The translations under genes were made by a program, and so were the position numbers. The notes below the pieces were generated by a model, which saw only the letters and a list, made by a program, of their open reading frames with translations, did not search any database and was not told the DNA's origin. Below, piece after piece: positions 17,151-25,829 of a DNA stretch of 32,862 bases (the first letter of the stretch is position 1; every line of letters starts with the position of its first letter). Where the stretch lies: sequence record DRR378314_854, one strand, 5' to 3'.

Positions 17151-17705
17151 TCAATCGCGCGCAGGTGTGTCAAAAACCGAACATCCGGGATAACCAAACC
17201 CCCAACGCCATGGCAATCCGCTGCAGGGGCCACCGCCAAAGCGTACTGCCATGAACATCGCCTCAGAGGTGATCGAATGGACTGATCGGATCTGATCCGG
17301 CTTCATGTCATAGCGTTCGGCATATTCGTCAGCATAGGTTTCGCCATGGGTTTTAACGCAGGTGCGTAGCGCGTCGTCGGCGGCGAGGCGGGCGTCAAAG
17401 CTTGCGTTGGCCTGTAACGCACCGCCCGCGTTATGATAAGCGCGATCATGGGTGACGCAGCAATATTCCCACGGCGGATGCGCTTCGTAAAGCAGGCTGA
17501 ACTTGGGAAAGGTCTCAGCAACCAGACGCCAGCTGGTGGACAAGCCGCCCGAACAGCCATCCGTTTCGAACGGGGACAGTGCAGCAGTACCGATGGACTT
17601 TACCAACGCCCGATGCGCAGGCATTTCAACGCTGCGCATCAGATCTTGCCCGGCTGCAGGCAACGCGCAGCAGGCGAGAACGACGGCGAGTCTAAGGGCT
17701 CTCAT
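17151..17705 (-). CDS. Secreted protein with phospholipase A2-like His-Asp motif
   Basis: Signal peptide MRALRLAVVLACCALPAAG; TDGCSGG, CCVTHDRAY, AD-x5-C, WRWGFGY; start overlaps the GDPD stop by 14 nt. Confidence 0.75.
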   Translation of the reverse strand: MRALRLAVVLACCALPAAGQDLMRSVEMPAHRALVKSIGTAALSPFETDGCSGGLSTSWRLVAETFPKFSLLYEAHPPWEYCCVTHDRAYHNAGGALQANASFDARLAADDALRTCVKTHGETYADEYAERYDMKPDQIRSVHSITSEAMFMAVRFGGGPCSGLPWRWGFGYPGCSVFDTPARD

Positions 17706-19530
17706 CGCGCATCTCGGACGTATCGAGCGACAAGCCAAAGCTCGTTGCCAGCCACAGCATCAACCGCTCACCCGGCCCCATCTCGGCGCGGATGCGTAGC
17801 ACCTCGCGCGCCGTCGCCGGACGGTCTGTGATCAACCCGTCAACCCCCATCGAGGCCATCGCGGACATCTGCAGCGGGTCATTCACCGTCCAGACGTAAA
17901 TGTCCTTGCCCGCATCATGGATCGAGCGGATCAGACCCGGTGTAACCGTCGCCGCGTTCACGGCGACAAAATCGCCCTCTAGCCCCGACAGATCGCCAAT
18001 TGCCGTAGCCGCCAGAACACCCGCGCGCCAGTCAGGGCGCAGCGCTTTCATCTTCTGCACTGCTGGGTACTTCAGCGACATTGTGGCGATGTCGTCCTGC
18101 ATCTCCAGCTCTTCGACAGTGGTTGCAACGCGGTTTTCCAGATCGACGTCATGACCATAGTATTTCAGCTCGATGATGACCTTGGATTTGCCCTTGGCTG
18201 CCTGCAGAACATCGTGCAGCGTCGGTGTGCGTTCCGAGGCATATTCCGGGTCAAACCAGCTGCCGATATCAATCTCGGCAACATCTTCCATCGTTGCATC
18301 CCAGACCTTAAGCGGCACGCCCGCCAATTTCATGAAATCGCTGTCATGGGCAATGATAACCACATCATCGGCAGTTTCCTGGACGTCAATCTCAACCCAG
18401 TCGGCCCCATCTTCGATGGCCTTCAGGACCGATGCCATGGTGTTTTCAGGCCGCAAGGCCGCTGCACCACGATGAGCGATGACATCCGCATGATCCGGGG
18501 CTTGAACACGCTCCAGCAACTCTTGCCCGAACCAGAGGCCGACCAACACGGCAATGATCGCTCCACCTACTACGGCATAGAGTGGTGCGCGTAAATTTCC
18601 GGGTTCAGGATGCGGAATCTCCCGTCCTTGTGTCTCAAAGAACCCGTCCAACAAAACTGCCAGCGCACCCAGCGCAATGGCTGCCAGCACTAGGCCCGCC
18701 AGCGACCACAGACCCGCTATGACCAAGCTGTAGATCAGCGCAAAACGCAGGTTCGCGCTGTCTTGAAGTGGCACAAGATCAAATAGCAACCCAGCCACAA
18801 CGGCGATCAGCGCAGCAATCACAACCCGTGTGGCGAGCCAGAGGCCCAACTCGATCTTGAGCCTGCCGCGTTTGCCCTCCATCCGGTCCGTGCTGATCGC
18901 GAAGGCCGCGGCAGGCTTGCAATCCTCAAACAACACAAGATGCAGCGCAAGCGCCCAGGCTGAGAGTCTGCGGATCAGGACCCACGCCAAACACAGCACG
19001 ACAAAACCGATCAGTACCACCGCGACCCAGAACGAAGGTGGATGGAAGGTAAGGTAATAGTTGATGTCGTATTCCGTCAGCGTCCACCATGCGATCACTC
19101 CGGCAACAACGACAAACGGCAACGCCAGTACCAGCACCCGCAGAATGAACCGCGCAGCGAACTCGAACAACGCAGGCAGGCGCGTCACGATCAACCGGAT
19201 CGAGGCACTGCCCGCGCGCCACGGATCGCGTTCGCCCATCCGCAGCGATCCAGCCATCACCGAAAAGACAAAGACCTCGGCCAGCAGGAACAGGCTAAGG
19301 ACCACAACCGCCGCGATAAACCCGGCAGGCGACAGCAGGAACATCGCAATGTCCTGATCCGTCAGCGCCGACTGGTCCGACAGTGAAACAGCAAGATTGA
19401 CGGCAATCGCAACGCCCGGTGCGATCAGCGCGACCAGCAGCAACCGCACGGCAACATAGACAGGCACAAACACGCGCCGCCGAGCCCACGCGCCCCGATA
19501 GGCATTTGTAACGGCTGAGAAATTGGTCAC
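17692..19530 (-). CDS. Membrane-anchored glycerophosphodiester phosphodiesterase
   Basis: N-terminal multi-TM domain; catalytic AHRG, PENT, EIDV, IAHD, IELK, WTVN, GLITD; GTG start at 19530 after AGGAGG. Confidence 0.92.
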   Translation of the reverse strand: MTNFSAVTNAYRGAWARRRVFVPVYVAVRLLLVALIAPGVAIAVNLAVSLSDQSALTDQDIAMFLLSPAGFIAAVVVLSLFLLAEVFVFSVMAGSLRMGERDPWRAGSASIRLIVTRLPALFEFAARFILRVLVLALPFVVVAGVIAWWTLTEYDINYYLTFHPPSFWVAVVLIGFVVLCLAWVLIRRLSAWALALHLVLFEDCKPAAAFAISTDRMEGKRGRLKIELGLWLATRVVIAALIAVVAGLLFDLVPLQDSANLRFALIYSLVIAGLWSLAGLVLAAIALGALAVLLDGFFETQGREIPHPEPGNLRAPLYAVVGGAIIAVLVGLWFGQELLERVQAPDHADVIAHRGAAALRPENTMASVLKAIEDGADWVEIDVQETADDVVIIAHDSDFMKLAGVPLKVWDATMEDVAEIDIGSWFDPEYASERTPTLHDVLQAAKGKSKVIIELKYYGHDVDLENRVATTVEELEMQDDIATMSLKYPAVQKMKALRPDWRAGVLAATAIGDLSGLEGDFVAVNAATVTPGLIRSIHDAGKDIYVWTVNDPLQMSAMASMGVDGLITDRPATAREVLRIRAEMGPGERLMLWLATSFGLSLDTSEMRDESP

Positions 19531-19594
19531 GCGCGCGCCTCCTGAATTGTCGGTACATTCAAGGCTGCGCAAGTGTGAATTGCAAGGGTTAGCG

Positions 19595-20044
19595 TCAGCT
19601 TTCTTCCAGGTCCGCTGCCAGTCGGAAGCCGATGCGATTGGCCGGCTTGTTCTCGACCGTCTTGGGCAGAGCACGCAGCATCACGTTCAACTGGGTGACA
19701 TGCTGGACAAGCTGGGTTTTTGCCCCCGTCGCATCCGAACCATAAAAGGTTATGATGTCCGGGTCGAAATAACCCATGCCTTCGATCCGCATCACGCCCG
19801 CATCGCCGCCAGTAAAGCCCATGGCGACCTCGTGATCGCCATCCAGCGTTTTCTCGAAATTCTGAATGTAGAGGATCAGCCGCTCATAAGCCCATTGCGC
19901 CGGGCTTTTGGTTTCAACCGGTTTTTGCAGGGGTTTTGGCAGGTCTTTGTTGCCCGACGCCGTTTCCGGATTGGCATGTACCTCGTAACACCGTGGCAAA
20001 GCTGCGGATTCTGCGGCCTCGGCCGATGTTTCGATCTTTTCCAT
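19595..20044 (-). CDS. DUF6173-family protein
   Basis: KSPAQWAYERL..YIQNFE, GMGYFDPDIITFYG, QLVQHVTQLN, RIGF; ATG at 20044. Confidence 0.8.
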   Translation of the reverse strand: MEKIETSAEAAESAALPRCYEVHANPETASGNKDLPKPLQKPVETKSPAQWAYERLILYIQNFEKTLDGDHEVAMGFTGGDAGVMRIEGMGYFDPDIITFYGSDATGAKTQLVQHVTQLNVMLRALPKTVENKPANRIGFRLAADLEES

Positions 20045-20048
20045 TGCT

Positions 20049-21095
20049 CTACCCTTTGCGCTGATACTCCCACGCCCCGTCCGCGCGCCGCGTCCGGGTG
20101 ACCGCTCCAATGTGGTAGAGATGGTTCACATGTGCAACCGCCTCAACCAGCGCAAGGCCGTATTCCCCACCTTTGATGGGGCGCTTAAACAGCGGGGCAA
20201 AGCATTCCGCGGCGGTTTTGGGTTGATCGAGATCGTTCAGCAGACGTTCAAGCGCGCCGTGGTGGTTGTCGATCAACTGACGCATGCGGACTGGTAACCC
20301 TGTGAAGGGCAGTTTGTGCCCGCCCAAAACCAGATGATCGGGTCGGGAGAGCGGTCTCAGACGTTCGCAGGCCTCAAGCCAATCGGCCACCGGGTCAGCC
20401 ATCGGCTCGGTCGCATAGACACCCAGATTTGAACTGATCGAGCTGAGAATCTGATCTCCGGTCAGAACCAGATTGTCGTCACGGCTCCAGAATGTGCAGT
20501 GTTCAGGTGCGTGACCATTGCCCATATGCACATCCCAGTCGCGGCCTCCCATGCGGATCACATCGCCCTGTTTGATCCGGGTAAAGCCCAGCGGCATCGG
20601 GTACACAGTGTCGGCAAAATTGAACGGACGCTCGGCCATCCTGCCAGCCAGCACATCCGCATCCATGCCAGCGCTGCGATAGTAATCCAGCGTTTCCTTT
20701 GGCCAATTCTCCTGCACGTCCAGCGTCAGCATTCGGGCGAACAGCCAAGCTGTGCGGCTGGTCACAAGCTCTGCCCCGTGCTCGGACTGGAACCAGCCCG
20801 CATTGCCGATGTGATCGGGGTGGTGGTGTGTCACAACCACCCGGCGCACAGGCTTACCCGCCAGAGGTCCGGTCATCAGGGCCTGCCAAATGGCGCGTGT
20901 TTTCTTGGAAGAAAGCCCGGTATCGACAATCGTCCAACCATCGCCGTCATCCAACGCGTAGACATTTACATGATCCAGCGCCATGGGCAGAGGCAGCCTG
21001 ATCCACAGAACTCCTTCGGCGACCTCGATCCACTCGCCAGAAGCAGGCGGTTCGGTCCATGGGTAACGCATCACTTGCGGAGCCTCGCCGTCCAT
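20049..21095 (-). CDS. MBL-fold metallo-hydrolase
   Basis: VDTG, THHHPDHIG, GHAPEH, TGD, GGH metal-ligand motifs; TGATG overlap with the ACAD gene. Confidence 0.92.
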   Translation of the reverse strand: MDGEAPQVMRYPWTEPPASGEWIEVAEGVLWIRLPLPMALDHVNVYALDDGDGWTIVDTGLSSKKTRAIWQALMTGPLAGKPVRRVVVTHHHPDHIGNAGWFQSEHGAELVTSRTAWLFARMLTLDVQENWPKETLDYYRSAGMDADVLAGRMAERPFNFADTVYPMPLGFTRIKQGDVIRMGGRDWDVHMGNGHAPEHCTFWSRDDNLVLTGDQILSSISSNLGVYATEPMADPVADWLEACERLRPLSRPDHLVLGGHKLPFTGLPVRMRQLIDNHHGALERLLNDLDQPKTAAECFAPLFKRPIKGGEYGLALVEAVAHVNHLYHIGAVTRTRRADGAWEYQRKG

Positions 21096-22798
21096 CAGAC
21101 CGTCAGCTCTTCAGCGCTGAGCGCATAGAGGTCATCGGCCCCGTTCTGCGCCTGCGCCAACAAACCGGTGCACTCGGGCATCAGCGCGTTGATGTAGTAC
21201 TTCGCCAGCCTAGCGCGCGGACCTTCAGGGTCGGCCAAAGCCGCGGACAGATGGTAATGCCCGCCCAAAACCCGCGCGAAGGCCTTGAGATAGGCGGTCG
21301 CACCTGCAAACCGGTTGTTCATATCTGATTGTGCGACCAGCCATTCGGTTGTTTCCCGCAAGGATTCGGTGGCCTCCCACACCGGACCCGCGAGTTCAGG
21401 AATGGTTGCGCGGGCTTTTTCTGCCTGATCCTCGATCTCATCCAGCAGGCTCATAGCCGCCTCACCCCCGTCCATCATCTTGCGGGCCACAAGATCCATG
21501 GCCTGAATGCCATTCGTACCCTCATAGATCGCCGTGACACGCACATCGCGGTAATACTGCGCAGCCCCGGTTTCTTCGATAAAGCCCATTCCGCCATGCA
21601 CCTGTACCCCGGTCTCAGACACGCGCATGCCGGTCTCGGTGCCAAAGGCCTTACAGATCGGCGTCAGCAAAGCCGCCCGCACCGCCCAATCGGCCTCACC
21701 TGTGGCCTGCGCCATGTCGATGGATGCCGCGTTGGCCAGCATGATCGCGCGCGCAGCAAACACGTCCGCGCGCATGGACATCAGCATCCGCCGCACATCA
21801 GCATGGTCAATGATCGTACCCGAGGGCGTCTTACCCTGCTTGCGCTCCAAAGCATATTCCAGCGCGTGTTGATAAGCGCCTTCGGCCGCGCCCACACCTT
21901 CGCCACCGACGCCGAGGCGCGCGTTATTCATCATCGTGAACATCGCGGCCATACCGCCATGTTCTTTCCCGACCAGCCAACCCTTGGCCCCGTCATATTG
22001 CATCACGCAGGTCGGCGAGCCGTGGAGACCCATCTTGTGTTCCAGCGACACAACTTTCAGGTCATTGGCCACACCGGGATTGCCGTTTTCGTCGGGAATG
22101 TATTTCGGCACCAGAAACAGAGAAATCCCCTTGGTTCCCGGCACGCCATCGGGCAGACGCGCCAGCACCAGATGGCAGATGTTTTCGCAGAAATCATTGT
22201 CACCCCAGGAAATGAAAATCTTCTGCCCGGTTACCGAGAAGGTGCCATCTCCATTGTCTTCTGCCTTGGAGGTCAGAGCCCCCACGTCCGAACCAGCCTG
22301 CGCTTCGGTCAGGTTCATGGTGCCCGACCATTCACCTGCCATCATCTTGGGCAGATAAAGCGCCTTCAACTCGTCGCTCGCATGATGCTCCAGCGCTTCA
22401 ATCTGGCCTTGTGTCATCAGCGGGGCCAGTTGCAGCGACAGGCAGGCCGCGCTCATCATCTCGTTCACGGCGGTGGTCATGGTCATAGGTAGGCCCATTC
22501 CGCCATATTCGGGATCACCACTCATCCCGATCCAGCCGCCTTCGGCAATCGCCTTCCACCCCTCGGCATAGCCCGGAGAGGTCCGCAACACGTCGTTTTC
22601 CAACCGCGCAGGTTCCAGATCACCGGGGCGCTGCAGCGGGGCCATGATCTCTTCGCACATCCTCCCGGCTTCGGTCAGAATGGCGCTGACCACATCTTCG
22701 CTGGCTTCTGAAAACTTCTCGGTCGCGGCGATCTGGTCAAAACCGATCACGTTGCGGAACAGGAATTCATAGTCTGAGATCGGGGCGCGATAGGGCAT
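21095..22798 (-). CDS. Acyl-CoA dehydrogenase (long type, DmdC-like clade)
   Basis: GTMNLTE.QAGSD, GQKIFIS, EHKMGLHGSPT, QVHGGMGF, IYEGTNGIQA; AGAGGG SD. Confidence 0.94.
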   Translation of the reverse strand: MPYRAPISDYEFLFRNVIGFDQIAATEKFSEASEDVVSAILTEAGRMCEEIMAPLQRPGDLEPARLENDVLRTSPGYAEGWKAIAEGGWIGMSGDPEYGGMGLPMTMTTAVNEMMSAACLSLQLAPLMTQGQIEALEHHASDELKALYLPKMMAGEWSGTMNLTEAQAGSDVGALTSKAEDNGDGTFSVTGQKIFISWGDNDFCENICHLVLARLPDGVPGTKGISLFLVPKYIPDENGNPGVANDLKVVSLEHKMGLHGSPTCVMQYDGAKGWLVGKEHGGMAAMFTMMNNARLGVGGEGVGAAEGAYQHALEYALERKQGKTPSGTIIDHADVRRMLMSMRADVFAARAIMLANAASIDMAQATGEADWAVRAALLTPICKAFGTETGMRVSETGVQVHGGMGFIEETGAAQYYRDVRVTAIYEGTNGIQAMDLVARKMMDGGEAAMSLLDEIEDQAEKARATIPELAGPVWEATESLRETTEWLVAQSDMNNRFAGATAYLKAFARVLGGHYHLSAALADPEGPRARLAKYYINALMPECTGLLAQAQNGADDLYALSAEELTV

Positions 22799-22827
22799 GG
22801 TTTCCCTCTGGGTCTGGCATGTTCGTT

Positions 22828-22855
22828 GCGTGGGGTTGGAATCCCGGCCCCACGC
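22828..22855. repeat. GC-rich hairpin in the ACAD/sua5 divergent intergenic region
   Basis: GCGTGGGG...CCCCACGC, 8-bp perfect outer stem. Confidence 0.5.
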
Positions 22856-22930
22856 CGGTATTCATCTGGGCTGGCACGATTACCTACCGTTACCTGAACT
22901 GCAAGCAACCAAAACGCGGCGTCACGACCT

Positions 22931-23878
22931 ATGACCCTTCTCGGCACGCAAGATTTATCCGCAGATTGCCAAGGCATCGCCAAGGCCGCTGACCTGCTGC
23001 GGCAGGGCCTGCTGGTCGCGTTCCCGACCGAGACTGTCTATGGCCTCGGCGGTGATGCAAGGAAAGGGGAAGCGGTGGCCTCGATCTATGAGGCAAAGGG
23101 ACGACCCAGCTTTAACCCTCTGATCGCCCATGTCGCCTCAACCGAAACCGCAAAACGGTTTGTCGAGTGGACCGATCAGGCCGAGCAACTGGCGCAGGCT
23201 TTCTGGCCCGGTCCGCTGACACTGGTTCTGCCCTTGCGCTCTGACCATGGGATTTCGTCGCTGGTCACTGCCGGGCTCGATACTCTGGCGGTCCGCGTAC
23301 CCGCGCATCCCACTGCGCGGGCCTTGCTGGCGGCGTTTGATGGCCCGGTAGCAGCGCCCTCGGCCAACCCTTCGGGTCAGATCAGCCCGACCACAGCGGC
23401 GCATGCCCGAGCAGGGCTTACGGGGCGCATTGCCGCTATTCTGGATGACGGGCCCTGCGGTGTCGGGCTTGAATCTACCATTGTCGGACTGGCGGGTGCC
23501 CCGGCTTTGTTGCGCCCAGGTGGTGTGACGCTGGAACAGATCGAAGATGTTCTGCAGGCCAATCTGCATCACCATCAACCCGGTGATCTACTAACCGCGC
23601 CGGGGCAGCTGCAATCGCACTACGCGCCGGACGCACCGGTCCGCCTGAACGCCGAGGCGTGTCAAGGGGACGAGGTGTTGCTGGGATTTGGCACGGTCAC
23701 CTGCGACCTGAACCTGTCTGAAAGCAGCAGTCTGCCCGAAGCCGCAGCCAATCTGTTCGCAGCGCTGCACAAGTTGAACGAAACCAGTCGTCCGATCGCC
23801 GTTTCACCGATTCCCAATCACGGGTTGGGGGCAGCCATCAACGACCGCCTGCGGCGCGCCGCAGCACCCCGCGATTAA
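22931..23878 (+). CDS. sua5: L-threonylcarbamoyladenylate synthase (Sua5-type)
   Basis: FPTETVYGLG, KGRPSFNPLIAH, FWPGPLT, APSANPSG, APGQLQSHYAP. Confidence 0.95.
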   Translation: MTLLGTQDLSADCQGIAKAADLLRQGLLVAFPTETVYGLGGDARKGEAVASIYEAKGRPSFNPLIAHVASTETAKRFVEWTDQAEQLAQAFWPGPLTLVLPLRSDHGISSLVTAGLDTLAVRVPAHPTARALLAAFDGPVAAPSANPSGQISPTTAAHARAGLTGRIAAILDDGPCGVGLESTIVGLAGAPALLRPGGVTLEQIEDVLQANLHHHQPGDLLTAPGQLQSHYAPDAPVRLNAEACQGDEVLLGFGTVTCDLNLSESSSLPEAAANLFAALHKLNETSRPIAVSPIPNHGLGAAINDRLRRAAAPRD

Positions 23879-24429
23879 GCGCGCCCTGCGCTGGCCGAGA
23901 GCGACAGGGGATCGACACCGAGGGTAGCCAACGCGGCCTCCCATTTCTCATCATCGGGCACATCAAAGACCAGCTTCGAAGACGCGTCGGTCGTCAGCCA
24001 ACCATTCATCGCGATTTCATCCTCAAGCTGATCCGGCCCCCAACCGGAATAGCCCAGCGTCAGCATCGAATTCAGCGGTCCTTTGCCCGTGGCCAGATCC
24101 TCGAGCACATCCAGAGTGGCGGTCATACTGAAATCATCTGCGATCTGCATCGAATGCAGGTTTGCATCATAATCCGAACTGTGCAGTACAAATCCGCGCG
24201 ACATCTCAACCGGGCCACCAAACTGCACCAGACGTTCGCCCACCACCGGGATGCGGCAGGGGATGTTGAGTTGTTCCAGCAACGTCTTGATCCGCAGGTC
24301 AGAGGGTTTGTTGATGATCAGCCCCATCGCCCCGTCGTTACCATGACTGCAGATATAAACGACCGAATGCTCGAATCGCGGATCGCCCATGCCGGGCATC
24401 GCAATCAACAGTTTTCCCGTAAGGTCCAT
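23875..24429 (-). CDS. YqgE/AlgH family protein
   Basis: GKLLIAMP...DPRF, GAMGLIINKP, GGPV, GYSGWGPDQLEDE; ATG at 24429. Confidence 0.93.
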   Translation of the reverse strand: MDLTGKLLIAMPGMGDPRFEHSVVYICSHGNDGAMGLIINKPSDLRIKTLLEQLNIPCRIPVVGERLVQFGGPVEMSRGFVLHSSDYDANLHSMQIADDFSMTATLDVLEDLATGKGPLNSMLTLGYSGWGPDQLEDEIAMNGWLTTDASSKLVFDVPDDEKWEAALATLGVDPLSLSASAGRA

Positions 24430-24542
24430 CAGCAGACATCTCTTATGCTCTGGGTTGGTCCTAGAATGACCCTGCGGAACCGGGAATGGCAAGGGATCAG
24501 CCGGGATTTCCGCGCATTTCACTGATGTGACCTGAACGTGAC

Positions 24543-24571
24543 TTGGCATTCATGCCCGGAATGCGCATGTT
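24543..24571 (+). promoter_or_regulatory. Putative promoter for a leaderless dsbD-N transcript
   Basis: TTGGCA-N17-CATGTT, 6 nt before the ATG; no SD. Confidence 0.45.
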
Positions 24572-24577
24572 CTGCAT

Positions 24578-25390
24578 ATGAAATTGCTTTGGAAATCCAC
24601 CGTGGCCGCCCTGGCCACCACGCTTTGCATCGGTGCCCCTGCCCTCGCGCAAGGGGTCGACAATCTTGTGCAGCTTGAGGTGTTGGACGGTGGCAAAACC
24701 ACCAATGGCACCTATCAAGGTGCTTTGCGCCTGACGCTCAAGGAAGGATGGAAGACCTATTGGCGCGCGCCGGGGGATGCGGGCATTCCACCCCAGTTTG
24801 ACTGGAAGGGCTCTGGCAATATCGCGGATATCGCCATCACATGGCCGACGCCGCATGTGTTCGACCAGAACGGGTTCCGCTCGGTCGGGTATGTGGATCA
24901 GTTGGTTCTGCCGGTCGAGATCACGCCCAAGAACCCTGCGAAGCCTGTGCGATTACGCGGTGAGATGGATCTTGGCGTGTGCAAGGATGTATGCGTACCG
25001 GGTCGTCTGGGCTTCGATCACACATTGGATGCCCAGGCCACACGCAACCCAGCCATTGCTGCAGCCCTCGCCCAGCGCCCGTTTTCTGAGCGCGAGGCCG
25101 GAGTAGCAGGCGCAACATGCCATCTGACGCCCACCGCCGACGGAATGCAGATCGAGGCGCATATCACCATGCCTTCGGCAGGTGGGGCCGAGTTTGCCGT
25201 GATCGAACCGGGCAACCCGGCGCTTTGGGCGTCACAGCCTAAGACACGCCGTCAGGGCAACACACTGGTTGCCAGCTCTGAGGTTATCAGTGCCTCAGGC
25301 GGACCTTTTGCTCTGGATCGGTCCGAGGTTCGGATCACCGTGCTGGGGGCGAACCACGCGGTGGACATCAAAGGATGCAGTGCGGGCTGA
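24578..25390 (+). CDS. Exported DsbD N-terminal-domain protein
   Basis: Signal peptide; GWKTYWRAPGDAGIPP; CKDVC redox pair; no TM or thioredoxin domain. Confidence 0.88.
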   Translation: MKLLWKSTVAALATTLCIGAPALAQGVDNLVQLEVLDGGKTTNGTYQGALRLTLKEGWKTYWRAPGDAGIPPQFDWKGSGNIADIAITWPTPHVFDQNGFRSVGYVDQLVLPVEITPKNPAKPVRLRGEMDLGVCKDVCVPGRLGFDHTLDAQATRNPAIAAALAQRPFSEREAGVAGATCHLTPTADGMQIEAHITMPSAGGAEFAVIEPGNPALWASQPKTRRQGNTLVASSEVISASGGPFALDRSEVRITVLGANHAVDIKGCSAG

Positions 25391-25394
25391 CCGG

Positions 25395-25829
25395 ATGAGC
25401 CATACCCCAAAGATTGGCGCACTGGCCGTTGTGATACATGAAGGTCAGGCGTTGTTGGTTCAGCGCAACAAAGAACCCGATGCAGGCCTTTGGGGCTTTC
25501 CCGGCGGCCATGTCGAATGGGGTGAAACCGTTCTGGACGCCGCCGCCCGTGAACTGCGGGAAGAGACCGGTGTGATCGCCGAACCAATGTCCTATCTCGA
25601 CAATCTAGACCTGTTGCTGCGTGATAATGACGGGCAGATCCGGGCGCATTACCTGCTGGTTGGTGTGGCGTGCCGCTATATCTCGGGCACGCCAATTGCA
25701 GCGGATGACGCGCGGGATGCGCAGTGGTTCCCGGTCGATCAGGTCATAACCGGAGACCTTCCCAAGAGCGACCGTGTGCCCGATCTGCTAAGGCTTGCAA
25801 TTGCGCGATCAGGCCTTGGCGCGACCTGA
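25395..25829 (+). CDS. NUDIX hydrolase
   Basis: Nudix box GGHVEWGETVLDAAARELREETG; ATG at 25395. Confidence 0.92.
   Translation: MSHTPKIGALAVVIHEGQALLVQRNKEPDAGLWGFPGGHVEWGETVLDAAARELREETGVIAEPMSYLDNLDLLLRDNDGQIRAHYLLVGVACRYISGTPIAADDARDAQWFPVDQVITGDLPKSDRVPDLLRLAIARSGLGAT

Noticed and set aside
10301..19586. Shared 12-mer CTTGCAATTCAC upstream of greA (10301-10312, +) and GDPD (19575-19586, -)
   Set aside because: Contains a generic -35-like hexamer; one such match between intergenic regions is plausible by chance
21329..22492. 387-aa ORF antisense to the acyl-CoA dehydrogenase
   Set aside because: Typical antisense shadow ORF
22872..22890. CTGGCACG resembling a sigma54 -24 element upstream of sua5
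   Set aside because: No TTGC -12 element at the required spacing
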